A stretch of 64,000 nt of DNA from Clavelina lepadiformis. Lineage: Eukaryota. Below, in pieces: positions 36,373-47,934 of the stretch. The translations under genes and the position numbers were made by a program. The notes under the pieces were generated by a model. It saw only the letters and a list, made by a program, of their open reading frames with translations, made no database searches and had not been told where the DNA came from. The stretch covers positions 19,028,288-19,092,287 of the forward strand of contig NC_135246.1 in assembly GCF_947623445.1 (NCBI RefSeq). Direction: 5' to 3'. Every line of letters starts with the position of its first letter. Position 1 is the first letter of the stretch.

Positions 36373-37196
36373 GTCCACCTGAAAGAAAACTATGAGACTG
36401 TTAAGACTTTGTTGAATGTTTTAAAGTACGATCAATATAACTGGGAAAAATTGGGGACTTTAAAATGGTAGCGTTTGTAATGGGTATGCAAGGGGGGTTC
36501 ACCAAGTATCCTTGCCACCTTTGCCTTTGGGATAGTAGGGCTACCACAGAACACTACAAAAAGCAAATATGGCCAAAACGAAACGAATTTGTTGTTGGAG
36601 AGAAAAACGTAGGGCAAACTCGGTTGATTAACCCAAACAAAGTGCTTATGCCTCCCCTTCACATAAAACTTGGGCTTATAAAGCAATTTGTGAAAGCATT
36701 GGATAAAGGTGGTGACGCATTCCAGTTTCTGAAAAACTTGTTTCCTGAACTATCAGAAGCTAAAGTAAAAGCTGGTGTATTTATTGGCCCACAAATTAAA
36801 AAGATTCTCAAGTCAAATGATTTTATCCAAATGCTTAATGATGTTGAAAAGAAGGCTTGGGATAGCTTTGCAGATGTGGTGAATGGGTTCTTGGGCAATA
36901 ACAAGGAAGATAACTATGCCGAACTCGTTGCCAATTTGGTAAAGTCGTATGGAAACATGGGGTGCAGAATGTCCATGAAAGTACATATGCTTGATGCTCA
37001 CTTGGACGAGTTTAAAGACAATATGGGAGCTTATTCAGAAGAACAAGGGGAGCGATTCCATCAAGACATAACAGATTTTGAAAGGAGATACCAAGGGCAA
37101 TATAATGAAAGCATGATGGGAGATTATGTCTGGGCCTTGATGCGGGAAAGTGATGTGGAGTACAAAAGAAAATCCCGCAAAACATCCCATTTTTAA
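36373..37196 (+). pseudogene. Transposon-derived ORF remnant inside EHD intron 4. The intact 243-aa ORF is 36465-37196, preceded by a frameshifted continuation.
   Basis: The ORF reads MVAFVMGMQGGFTKYPCHLCLWDSRATTEHYKK...MGCRMSMKVHMLDAHLDEFKDNMGAYSEEQGERFHQDITDFERRYQGQYNESMMGDYVWALMRE. It is single-exon, sits in the sense orientation inside a host intron, and carries a Cys/His motif. The upstream +2 frame reads LKENYETVKTLLNVLKYDQYNWEKLGTLKW*, so it is a fragment of a larger ORF. Its family is unresolved. From memory I associate this motif pattern with transposon-domesticated proteins common in invertebrate genomes, but I cannot place it in a family. Confidence 0.4.
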
Positions 37197-38202
37197 CTGA
37201 TTTTATACTTGAACTGTTTTAGCCTGAAATACTTATTTAGTTTTGCATTTAACATTTAATGATGGTATTGATTCGGATACAGTTGATACATTTATGTGCA
37301 AATTTCCATGTACCAAATGCCTGTGCTTTGTGATTTGATTTTAATAACAAAAATTCTAATTCGTTGCCTGTTACTAGGCAAACTCAGAATTAACCCTTTG
37401 CCAGACAGAAAAATAGCCAAAAGTTGGCTGTAATTTGCTTTGCGAAAAAGCAATCGATAGCCTACGACTAGCGCGTCAGAATATTTAGTAAATACATTGA
37501 TAGAATATAACTTCTTAGTCGATGCCAAGCGATTAAAAATGGACTTACAGCGATCAAAGACAGTTTGGTAAATATCCATTTCCTATAGGGTAAATCAGTA
37601 TAACCATGCACAATATTGCACATACAAGCAAATTCAAAAAATTACTCTCCTAACCACAAAATCAATGTTTGGAATGAACTATATTGATTTTTGGAAGTTT
37701 CTAGGTGAGAGAGATCAGGAAATATCAATTAGAACCCGGGAACAAAAATCGTGTTACACAGTGTTATCTAACTCGATTGAACACATTCATTGTATAAGCC
37801 ACAAACATTGTCTGGTCAGTCATCCAAGGTATTTGTCTTTAAGTAGTTGTTGTTGTTGTGAAATTGTGTTGATACGAAACGAATAGTCGTTTTTAAAACT
37901 AACATTACTTGATAGGGCATTGCAATCAGAACTGCTTTAAAGTGCAAGTGCTAAAACAAGTTTACCTTAATCAAAAATGTGTCGGTTGCTGTAAAATATT
38001 TTTTTCCGGGGCTTTTCCTGGCATCTCTTATTTGGTTTAAGATCGACTTGTTTTAGAACTTGCCCTTCGCTTTATACAAGAATACTTCTAAAAAATAATA
38101 ACAGTTTTTATTTTCCAAATGTTTGGTTTCATTTTGTTCTTTTATAAACTCGCTTGGCTTTGTGTTACTATTAAGATTGCTTTGATAATTTCTGTCTTGC
38201 AG

Positions 38203-38294
38203 GTGATTTCCCAAACGCACAAAAAATGAAAGAAAAACTGAAACTCACAGATTTTGGCAAATTACGAAGCTTGAGTAAGTCCATGGTTAAAAAG
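38203..38294 (+). CDS. EHD: EHD exon 5
   Basis: cttgcag|gtgatttcc gives (G)DFPNAQKMKEKLKLTDFGKLRSLSKSMVKK, then donor aag|gtattg. Compare EHD1 PGDFPSLRKMQELLQTQDFSKFQALKPKLLDT. Confidence 0.75.
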
Positions 38295-38703
38295 GTATTG
38301 GCTTATTTGCTCACTAAAGTCATGTTTGCTGTTATTTATACACGTTTTAGAGTTTTTATTACTAACTTAGCAGAAAAAGTATTTACTAGTGATGGGCCGC
38401 ACGAACCTGAATAATCTTCCTCGCGGCACAGTATTTACTGAAGTAGCCCTTTAATTTTCATTTAGAAATAGTAAATGTTCATGTTGACTGCTCAGAGACA
38501 GTGTTGCTTTCTGTATTAAATTTTATTTCCTTGGAAAGTAGACCTATGTCTTTTCATTTTATGGAATTATATTGAGACAAAGAAGCTGTTGAATCATCGC
38601 AAATTATCACACACATTATGACACAAGCCTTTAAATGCATGGTCATTCTGGAGAACAGTCGTTCCCAGCCTTTTCCAACTTATTATGTATCAGTTCTGTT
38701 TAG

Positions 38704-38809
38704 GTTGACGACATGCTTGCAAAAGACATTGCCGAGTTGATGAAGTTGATTCAGAGAGAGGAAACTAAAGCTGCCGAGAAAATCAAGTCTGAAGGCCCTT
38801 CAGTTAAAG
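38704..38809 (+). CDS. EHD: EHD exon 6
   Basis: ctgtttag|gttgacgac encodes VDDMLAKDIAELMKLIQREETKAAEKIKSEGPSVK(G). It ends in phase 1 before gtatttgc. Confidence 0.8.
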
Positions 38810-38920
38810 GTATTTGCATTTACATTTCTGTACAGCACATGGTGTGTTTTACAAACTATTTGACAAAGATATCACCACTAAAATTCACCTTTAACCTTAG
38901 CACACTGTCTGTTGTTTCAG

Positions 38921-39099
38921 GTGGAGCATTTTTTGCTTCCAAAGATAATCCTTTCAGCAATACATTTGGAGTCGGAGTTAACGCTGGGAGCGATTGTGAT
39001 GGAGAATGGATCGTTTCAGAGAAGAAATCAGCGTATGACGAAGTCTTCATGAAACTGAATCCGGCCGACGGCAAAGTCAAAGGAAGTGAAGCGAAGAAG
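38921..39099 (+). CDS. EHD: EHD exon 7
   Basis: tgtttcag|gtggagc encodes GGAFFASKDNPFSNTFGVGVNAGSDCDGEWIVSEKKSAYDEVFMKLNPADGKVKGSEAKK, then aag|gtggta. Compare EHD1 GGAFDGT...EWVVGKDKPTYDEIFYTLSPVNGKITGANAKK. Confidence 0.8.
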
Positions 39100-39419
39100 G
39101 TGGTACTCTAAATAATAACAGCAACCAGTCCAGCTGGTCACTATGGTGTCATAACTGGTGCAAAATGCACGTAGTTGTATAAAAGTTGTATTATTCCAGT
39201 AAAAATTTACTAAAAACTGCCCATTGTTTTCTCAGCGAATTAAAAACATATGTGTTACTTATTTAATATGCTGCATGTGTATATTAACTTATCGCTTTCC
39301 TTTTACTATTATCGCATAAAATGTGTCCGAACCTATACCTAGAGTAGTTGCTGGCAATAGCTACTATCATACTATCACAAAAGTTTTTGGTTTTTTGCAT
39401 TTTTTTCTCTCGTATGCAG

Positions 39420-39606
39420 GAAATGATCAAATCAAAACTCCCAAACACGGCACTGGCAAAGGTCTGGCGTTTGGCAGATCACGATAAAGATGGTATGCTG
39501 ACCGAGGAAGAGTTTGCACTCGCAATGCATTTGATAAATGTTCGCTTGGAAGGACATGTCTTACCTGACGATCTTCCAAAGCACCTCATCCCACCTTCTC
39601 AAAGAT
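39420..39606 (+). CDS. EHD: EHD exon 8, the EH domain with EF-hand. A good gtaagc donor at 39607 implies a further short terminal exon that I could not locate. Otherwise it reads through to the stop at 39791.
   Basis: gcag|gaaatg encodes EMIKSKLPNTALAKVWRLADHDKDGMLTEEEFALAMHLINVRLEGHVLPDDLPKHLIPPSQR. Compare EHD1 EMVKSKLPNTVLGKIWKLADVDKDGLLDDEEFALANHLIKVKLEGHELPADLPPHLVPPSKRRHE*. Confidence 0.75.
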
Positions 39607-41329
39607 GTAAGCTAATACGATTTAAATTTTGTATCCACAAATCTATTAAGTGTAACTGTTTAAGCAAAAAGTTACAGCATTTGTCTAACCACTTCCTTTA
39701 TCTTTCACGTTTTAATGATGTTTTTCTGTGCATCTGGGTCTGCAGCTTAGCTTCTTTGTTTTTCAAAACCAAGCCTGTTCGGGGATTGTGAAGCACTCGA
39801 TATGAATGTAGTTAACATCATCAAAGCTAATTATATGACTGAATTGAAACACTCATAGCATTGTAGACCCAATTAATTATAATAGATAATTATAATAATA
39901 AACAATAAACATTATATATATTTAGAGGTTTATGTTATTGGACAAGATTTGGGAATCAATAACGTAATGGTGTCACAATTGCCATTCTTTGATGTACCGT
40001 TGAAACTAGTCGTATAGCTCCTCTTAGCGCATTTTAACTAAAGCTATCTTTTAGCTGATGAGCCTGACTTAGAAGAAGAATCAGATTAACTAACCTTAAA
40101 ACACAACACAAAGGTTAGTTATTCTGTACGAGTTGCAACATTTGCTTTTTCTCTGGCATTATTAAGTCGTTACAACGACAAATAAATTTTTCATCCATTG
40201 TATAATCATGTGATGCGACTGGGATGATTGACAGTTGTTGTTTTCTTTTAGTTTTGGAGGCATGATGGCTTATTTCAAGTTGTTCACTTCAAAAAGAAAA
40301 AATCTAGTGTAGCAATAGGCAGATCTTTTTTCTGTTTGGTAAAAATATACCTTTCCCAATATTGCAAGAAATGTTTTGAAATGCGCACAAATTTTCACGC
40401 AGCACTGTGTTGTTTTGTACTATGTTATTTATTTTTTTAAATTATAATAATTTATAATATTTTTTATAATATACTTTCTGTAATTGTTCATTCTTACAGT
40501 TTTCAAGTTTCCTATGAACAAATGTGATTAGTAGCATAGCAGTATGTTTGCATTGCATTTGTACCTGAATGAGTACATTCTTACGCATGCGTGCATACTA
40601 CATTTTATTACATTTTATATTACACAATATAATTGAAACATTTTGCTATTTGGTAGCCTAGATTTCAGCATAGATAGGCAGGTACTCTGGTACTGATAGA
40701 AGGCGAGTTGAATGGTAGAAAAGAAATCCTTGGACAGATGACTCAGTTTGGACTTTGGATGCAAGAAAAAATTTTCTAAAAATTGATAAACAGCATTTCA
40801 AGTCTTTCAAAAACTATCAGTAGCCTACTGGAAATTAGCACTCCAGTACGTTGTAAAGGGATGTCAAGTCCAGTACTGTACTCTACAAAAACAGCTCTGG
40901 ATGCTAGATTGACTATTTTTATTGTATAAATGAAGACAACATGCGCCGATGAAATAGGCTAGCACATTTTGAAAAACGTCTTATAGAGCAGACGGCTTTC
41001 ACGCACAAAGATAAAATAATTTAATGGATGAATGAACTTAGTGCTCTACCGCCAACTGGCGGTCGTTATGACAAATCTACCATCACATAAGCTTGAAGTA
41101 TTGATGTCAAAACTCACTACACGAGAGCCAGATCCGTTTAATTAATCTCCGGAGTTGTTAAGACTAAATACACCGACGTCAATCTGGTTATAGGTTCCCT
41201 GGTTTAAGTGATAACCATTTAATTATTCAGTTCCAGCCTACCTGCCTAAAACGTGTTGGGTAAACAACTGGTGTGGTTTGAAATTAGCTACAACTTAAAA
41301 GTAACTTAGTCCTTCCATATATACACTAA

Positions 41330-42750
41330 AGCTTACACACCATATTTTCAATGCCCTTTTCTTAACATGAAAATAATGGTTTTTGAAAATCAATGCACTT
41401 TTACATTCACTACGTTAACAAACACGCATTTAAACAAAACAAACACAATTTTAAAGTAAACATTTGTCTTAAGTTTAAGCAATGAAGTTATTAAAATTGA
41501 AGTCTAGTCCCGTAGTTCTTTAAACTCTGTCAACTTTATCCGTGAGTCTAACAATAGTAAAATAACTAATATTCAAAATTTGCAAATTTTATTTTCAATG
41601 ATAAATTATCTTGCAAGTGTTGTACTTTTACACTCTGCCGTTAAACGACACAATAACTAAACCAATTTTTATTCAACATGTAGCATGGTTCTGTCGAACT
41701 TATATTTCAAAAATGGATTGGTAGTGGCAAAAAACGACAAATTTGTCATTGAAATTAAACTTTGGTATATTTATGCAGTCTAATAGAAGAGGAAAAAAAC
41801 GATGAATATGAAAAACGAGATTTAGCATATCGAACGCAAATTTTTTGGATATATGAAGAACTGCATGACGACGATAGCGATGGAAAACTCGATGACGACG
41901 ATAGCGATGATGAGGTCAACGAAAACATTCTGGAGGAAAAAGTGGTTCAATCGAGGACAACAAAGATCAGTTAGTCAATGTCACAGTTTTGTTATTTCAA
42001 ATTAAAGATTGCTACCAAGAATTGTGAATGTGAGCAGGCAAAATAACGTTAATAACATCACAACATAACCATTTCATCATATACAATTGTTGTGACGTAA
42101 CGCCCGAATAACTTCAACATTTTCCTTAAATGTAAAACTAGCAATGAAAGCAAAGATGATGACGCCTTTTTGATAAAACAATTAAACCCTATCATCAACA
42201 AATAAGCATTTGAAAACGTTTAATCATTTTCAATGCAAAGATTTAGTCCATAAGACCTATTTCAATATCCAGCGCCAAACCTTACCTGTTATTTTCCATT
42301 CTTCTCACCGTGTCGTTCTCGTTATCCAACATTGTCAACATTGCCACTGTTCATTTTCTCATAGCACAGTACGTTGCCTCTGGTGCAATTTCATACCCCG
42401 TTTCATTTTTTTCGAAGTTTTTTAATACCAATTATCACTAATGTTATCCTTGTGGTGTACTTTCCATATGTTGCTCATGTAACGCTTTAGGTTTTGCACT
42501 ATTTTTTGGGACAGCTAATTTTACTTTCCTCTACGACTCTACGTAGTTATTATTATTCCATTATGTTATCTACAAAAAAAGAAATGTTTATGTCCAAAAC
42601 GTGTCAAACTAACTTGAAAATAAACATCATTCTTGCATGAAGTTGTCGCTTCAATTGCAACTACGTGCAGGGATTTAAGGTCGATTTTAACCGTTCAACA
42701 TTGTATTCAAAGTCAAACTAAACAAAAAAGCATATTTAAGCAAGCTTATA
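41330..42750 (+). repeat. Family-A gene-fragment repeat. It lies inside tandem-duplication copy 1 and carries an orphan DCP1-like terminal-exon homologue.
   Basis: See 29780-31170. It contains the exon-like block 41779-41974. Confidence 0.55.
41779..41974 (+). pseudogene. Orphan DCP1-like terminal-exon homologue. The expected stop is mutated to CAA.
   Basis: atgcag|tctaatagaagag... encodes LIEEEKNDEYEKRDLAYRTQIFWIYEELHDDDSDGKLDDDDSDDEVNENILEEKVVQ.... This is homologous to the P4 terminal exon DLMQDEEQDVYEKQDLAYRTRNFRIYEVHSDDEFEYELLQQVD*. No exons 1-4 are recognisable upstream. Confidence 0.4.
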
Positions 42751-42767
42751 GGAAGAGTTGAGTTGCA

Positions 42768-42868
42768 GGAAGAGTTTGCACTCGCAATGCATTTGATAAA
42801 TGTTCGCTTGGAAGGACATGTCTTACCTGACGATCTTCCAAAGCACCTCATCCCACCTTCTCAAAGAT
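42768..42868 (+). pseudogene. Duplicated 3-prime fragment of EHD exon 8. It is a pseudo-exon with no upstream exons.
   Basis: It encodes (E)EFALAMHLINVRLEGHVLPDDLPKHLIPPSQR followed by gtaagc. It is identical to 39506-39606. Confidence 0.6.
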
Positions 42869-44560
42869 GTAAGCTAATACGATTTAAATTTTGTATCCAC
42901 AAATCTATTAAGTGTAACTGTTTAAGCAAAAAGTTACAGCATTTGTCTAACCACTTCCTTTATCTTTCACGTTTTAATGATGTTTTTCTGTGCATCTGGG
43001 TCTGCAGCTTAGCTTCTTTGTTTTTCAAAACCAAGCCTGTTCGGGGATTGTGAAGCACTCGATATGAATGTAGTTAACATCATCAAAGCTAATTATATGA
43101 CTGAATTGAAACACTCATAGCATTGTAGACCCAATTAATTATAATAGATAATTATAATAATAAACAATAAACATTATATATATTTAGAGGTTTATGTTAT
43201 TGGACAAGATTTGGGAATCAATAACGTAATGGTGTCACAATTGCCATTCTTTGATGTACCATTGAAACTAGTCGTATAGCTCCTCTTAGCGCATTTTAAC
43301 TAAAGCTATCTTTTAGCTGATGAGCCTGACTTAGAAGAAGAATCAGATTAACTAACCTTAAGACACAACACAGAGGTTAGTTATTCTGTACGAGTTGAAA
43401 CATTTGCTTTTTCTCTGGCATTATTAAGTCGTTACAACGACAAATAAATTTTTCATCCATTATATAATCATGTGATGCGACTGGGATGATTGACAATTGT
43501 TGTTTTCTTTTAGTTTTGGAGACATGATGGCTTATTTCAAGTTGTTCACTTCAAAAAGAAAAAATCAAGTGTAGCAATAGGCAGATCTTTTTTCTGTTTG
43601 GTAAAAATATACCTTTCCCAATATTGCAAGAAATGTTTTGAAATGCGCACAAATTTTCACGCAGCACTGTGTTGTTTTGTACTATGTTATTTATTTTTTT
43701 AAATTATAATAATTTATAATATTTTTTATAATATACTTTCTGTAATTGTTCATTTTTACAATTTTCAAGTTTCCTATTAACAAATGTGATTAGTAGCATA
43801 GCAGTATGTTTCCATTGCATTTGTACCTGAATGAGTGCATACTACATTTTATTACATTTTATATTACACAATATAGTTGAAACATTTTGCTATTTGGTAG
43901 CCTAGATTTCAGCATAGATAGGCAGGTACTCTAGTACTGATAGAAGGCGAGTAGAATGGTAGAAAAGAAATCCTTGGACAGATGACTCAGTTTGGATGAA
44001 AGAAAAAATTTTCTAAAAATTGATAAACAGCATTTCAAGTCTTTCAAAAACTATCAGTAGCCTACTGAAAATTAGCACTCCAGTACATTGTAAAGGGTTG
44101 TCAAGTCCAGTACTGTACTCTACAAAAACAGCTCTGGATGCTGGATTGACTATTTTTGTTGTATAAATGAAGACAACATGCGCCGATGAAATAGGCTAGC
44201 ACATTTTGAAAAACGTCTTATAGAGCAGACGGCTTTTACGCACAATGATAAAATAATTTAATGGATGAATGAACTTAGTGCTCTACCGCCAACTGGCGGT
44301 CGTTATGACAAATCTACCATCACATAAGCTTGAAGTATTGATGTCAAAACTCACTACACGAGAGCCAGATCCGTTTAATTAATCTCCGGAGTTGTTAAGA
44401 CTAAATACACCGACGTCAATCTGGTTATAGTTTCCCTAGTTTATATCATAACGATTCAGTTATTCAGATCCTGCCTACCTGCCTAAAACGTGTTGGGTAA
44501 ACAACTGGTGTGGTTTGAAATTAGCTACAACGTAAAAGTAACTTAGTCCTTCCATATATA

Positions 44561-45199
44561 TGTGGCGGTCGTGATAACAAACAATAATAAGTTATGTAAT
44601 TAGCATTTTAAAAAGCGGATTGTGTGTTTCTCCAGTTAGAGGCAATTCAATATTTAAACAGATGTATTATTCGTGGTTAAGCAGTTATTCAAACAAAGGA
44701 GTTTGAAGTGTTTCAAGTACCATATTGTATTTTTACCGTGTAACGTTTTGATGGTACTTTGGTCAAGAGCTTCGGTGACAATAGAATAATGTTAGATGTG
44801 ACATAGCTTGTACGTAAGAATGCAAAAATAACATATGGCACGCGCCCATTGGTCAAAATACGGGAGTATAAAAGCTAAGGTTTGGTCTAAATTGGGATCT
44901 TCTCTCTTCGTGCTTTTCGGATTATTCGGTTTACTGAATTATTCGGAATTGGAATCATTACTGAATTCGAGTTATAGCTTGTTTAAATGTGAAAATATGG
45001 TGTAAATGTTTCTAATTTGATACAACCTATTCGGACAATATAACAATTAGACTTTATGAAGTTGGTGTTGATTTGAAAAAACATTATAGAGACAGCAAAC
45101 ACAACGAAGTCAAAGACAATTGTCTATAGGAGTCTAACAGTAAGACTAATAGTCTTGGCTTAGGCCAACCTAAAAGCAAAGCCACACCGCCATCCCCAC
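44561..45199. mobile_element. Transposon-like insertion of 639 bp, specific to duplication copy 2. It is internally related to the MULE-like element at 14562.
   Basis: Copy 1 has the uninterrupted site tccatatatacactaaagc. Copy 2 reads tccatatata[TGTGGCGGTCG...CCGCCATCCCCAC]atatacactaaagc, with a TA-rich 4-5-bp target duplication. Insert blocks 44700-44800 and 44990-45195 match the reverse complement of 14760-14980, for example caacacca[g/a]cttcataaagtctaattgtta[c/t]attgtccgaa and ttgtcaccgaagctcttgaccaaagtaccatcaaaacgttacac. Confidence 0.5.
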
Positions 45200-45204
45200 A
45201 TATA

Positions 45205-46628
45205 CACTAAAGCTTACACACCATATTTTCAATGCCCTTTTCTTAACATGAAAATAATGGTTTTTGAAAATCAATGCACTTTTAAATTCACTACGTTAAC
45301 AAGAACGCATTTAAACAAAACAAACACAATTTTATAGTAAACATTTGTCTTAAGTTTAAGCAATGAAGTTATTAAAATTGAAGTCTAGTCCCGTAGTTCT
45401 TTAAATTCGGTTAACTTTATCCGTGAATCTAACAATAGTAAAATAACTAATATTCAAAATTTGCAAATTTTATTTTCAATGATAAATTAACCTGCAAGTG
45501 TTGTACTTTTACACTCTGCCGTTAAACGACACAATAACTAAACCAATTTTTATTCAACGTGTAGCATGGTTCTGTCGAACTTATATTTCAAAAACGGAAT
45601 GGTAGTGGTAAAAAACGACAAAGTTTTCATTGAAATTAAACTTTGGTATATTTTTGCAGTCTAATAGAAGAGGAAGAAAACGATGAATATGAAAAACGAG
45701 ATTTAGCATATCGAACGCAAATTTTTTGGATATATGAAGAACTGCATGACGACGATAGCGATGGAAAACTCGACGATGACGATAGCGATGATGAGTTCAA
45801 CGAAAACACTCTGGAGGAAAAAGTGGTTTAATCGAGGACAACAAAGATCAGTTAGTCAATGTCACAGTTTTGTTATTTTCAGTTAAAGATTGTTACCAAG
45901 AATTGTGAATGTGAACAGGTAAAATAACGTTAATAACATCACAATATGACCATTTCATCATATACAATTGTTGTGACGTAACGCCCGAATAACTTCAACA
46001 TTTTCCTTAAATGTAAAACTGGCAATGAAAGCAAAGATGATGACGCCTTTTTGATAAAACAATTAAACCCTATCATCAACAAATAAGCATTTGAAAACGT
46101 TTAATCATTTTCAATGCAAAGATTTAGTCCATAAGACCTATTTCAATATCCAGCGCCAAACCTTACCTGTTATTTTCCATTCTTCTCACCGTGTCGTTCT
46201 CGTTATCCAACATTGTCAACGCCACTGTTCATTTTATCATAGCACAGTACGTTGCCTCTGGTGCAATTTCATACCCCGTTTCATTTTTTTCGAAGTTTTT
46301 TAATACCAATTATCACTAATGTTATCCTTGTGGTGTACTTTCCATATCTTGCTCATGTAACGCTTTAGGTTTTGCACTATTTTTTGGGACAGCTAATTTT
46401 ACTTTCCTCTACGACTCTACGTAGTAATTATTATTCCATTATGTTATCTACAAAAAAAGAAATGTTTATGTCCAAAACGTGTCAAACTAATTTGAAAATA
46501 AACATCATTCTTGCATGAAGTTGTCGCTTCAATTGCAACTACGTGCAGGGATTTAAGGTCGATTTTAACCGCTCAACATTGTATTCAAATTCAAACTAAA
46601 CGAAAAAGCATATTTAAGCAAGCTTATA
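45205..46628 (+). repeat. Family-A gene-fragment repeat. It lies inside tandem-duplication copy 2.
   Basis: It is a tandem duplicate of 41330-42750. ORF 45643-45831 is near-identical to ORF 41762-41974. Confidence 0.55.
45660..45831 (+). pseudogene. Orphan DCP1-like terminal-exon homologue, the duplicate of 41779-41974. Its stop codon is retained.
   Basis: It encodes ...DLAYRTQIFWIYEELHDDDSDGKLDDDDSDDEFNENTLEEKVV* and ends at TAA 45829-45831. Confidence 0.4.
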
Positions 46629-46899
46629 TTAGTCTACTTTTTTTGCTGAGATCTTGCATTAGCCTACTTACAGTATATGACGCAGAAAACACAAGCAGGA
46701 AGCTACATGAGTAATTGTTACTAACCTAAAAATTGATAATTTTACGCTTACGCTTTCCAGTATCTGCAAAGACAGGATACATATCATAAAATCCGTCTCT
46801 ATGAACGACTATACGTCCTGTGACATAATTCTGTGACATATTTCCTCTCATTAACTATCTTGTAAAGCACCTATAACCTAAATTTGCTTTTTGAATGTC

Positions 46900-47110
46900 T
46901 ATCGTATATTTAAGTTTCACATACGAACAAGTTATATTGCTCAGACTAGTTATTTTCCTCACATTGTTTCGCCGCCGGTTGTGTAAGAACCAAACACTTC
47001 ATGTTCATCTTATCCAATTCGCACTTATGTTTAGTGACTTATCTGTTGATGCCAATCGTCGCATGTTGTGATCGCACTCGCACCTAATTTCCTCCTGATA
47101 TCAATCTAAA
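46900..47110 (+). repeat. Family-2 repeat copy. This is the right-arm partner of 29168-29400.
   Basis: The nucleotide match cgaacaagttatattgctcagactagttattttcctcacattgtttcgccgccggttgtgtaagaaccaaacacttcat... was read directly. Confidence 0.5.
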
Positions 47111-47635
47111 ACGCTGCTGGATTTCTAAATGTTCTTATTTTATGTTGCAAATCTCGCGAGTCTGTAGGCAAAGACAGCTCATTGTCTCAGAACAACAGGT
47201 GCACAGGTGCTAACCATGATTGTGCAATATTTACCAATTCACAACTTTGAACCTGCGTTGATTTCGTCGTTGATTACTTTTTGAGCCATGGTTTCAAAAT
47301 CTGTTTTTGCTTGAAATTTTTTCTAGTAAACAATCCCTTTGTTTTAATAAGAAGACTGCCTTATAAAAGCAGTTGTCTTGTAGAGTGACTGCAGTTGAAA
47401 AGTAAGTCTGTCTAAGCCCTAAGGAATGTGTTATACTTTAACAGATTTCAGTTTTGCAATGTATATGTACTCGACGTAAATTCAGCAGTTTGCTTCTGTG
47501 TAAAGTTACATTGCTTGATGCAATGCGTGGTAAATAAAGTAAACTTGAGGCAATGTTAAGCAAAATATTTTAATCAGGCTTTGGTGCTAGTTGACGTTAT
47601 AGTGTCAAGAAACGAAATGACATCATAGTCTAGTC

Positions 47636-47934
47636 CAGGGGCGGGCAACTTTTTCGGTCGGCGGGCCTGATATGAGAAAATAAAGTACTTGGCGGGCCGG
47701 ATTCCTGAATCGATACATTAATCGTGGATTTATCCACCTATGCAAGCAATAAATCGTATTTAATGTAAACTTTAAGTTTTAAGCATAGAGACCAAAAACA
47801 GTATTTAATGAATTTATTAACGATTAATGTACTTCAATAGCTGCTGAAGTCAAAACTGAACTGCTAAACTGAACTGCTGAACTGTCTGCGGGCCGCTCAA
47901 AATCCCGTCGCGGGCCGTATATTGCCCACCCCTG
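47636..47934. mobile_element. hAT-type MITE, 299 bp
   Basis: The TIRs are CAGGGGCGGGCAAC... and ...TTGCCCACCCCTG. It is flanked by a perfect 8-bp TSD GTCTAGTC at 47628-47635 and 47935-47942. The homologous position in the left arm (~28660) is an empty site with a single gtctagtc. Confidence 0.7.

Larger units (their letters stand above)
39506..42750 (+). repeat. Tandem segmental duplication, copy 1 (3245 bp). Its left breakpoint lies inside EHD exon 8.
   Basis: 39506-41320 matches 42768-44560. 41321-42750 matches 45205-46628. A 17-bp filler ggaagagttgagttgca sits at the junction 42751-42767. Confidence 0.8.
42768..46628 (+). repeat. Tandem segmental duplication, copy 2. It contains a 639-bp insertion at 44561-45199 that is absent from copy 1.
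   Basis: See copy 1. ORF 42763-43053 is an exact duplicate of the 3-prime part of ORF 39348-39791. Confidence 0.8.

Noticed and set aside
39607-39791. C-terminal extension of ORF 39348-39791 (…CKLIRFKFCIHKSIKCNCLSKKLQHL…)
   Set aside because: It lies beyond a strong GTAAGC donor, exactly where EHD orthologues end (PPSKRRHE*). It is Cys/Lys-rich, low-complexity and unconserved. It is probably intron read-through.
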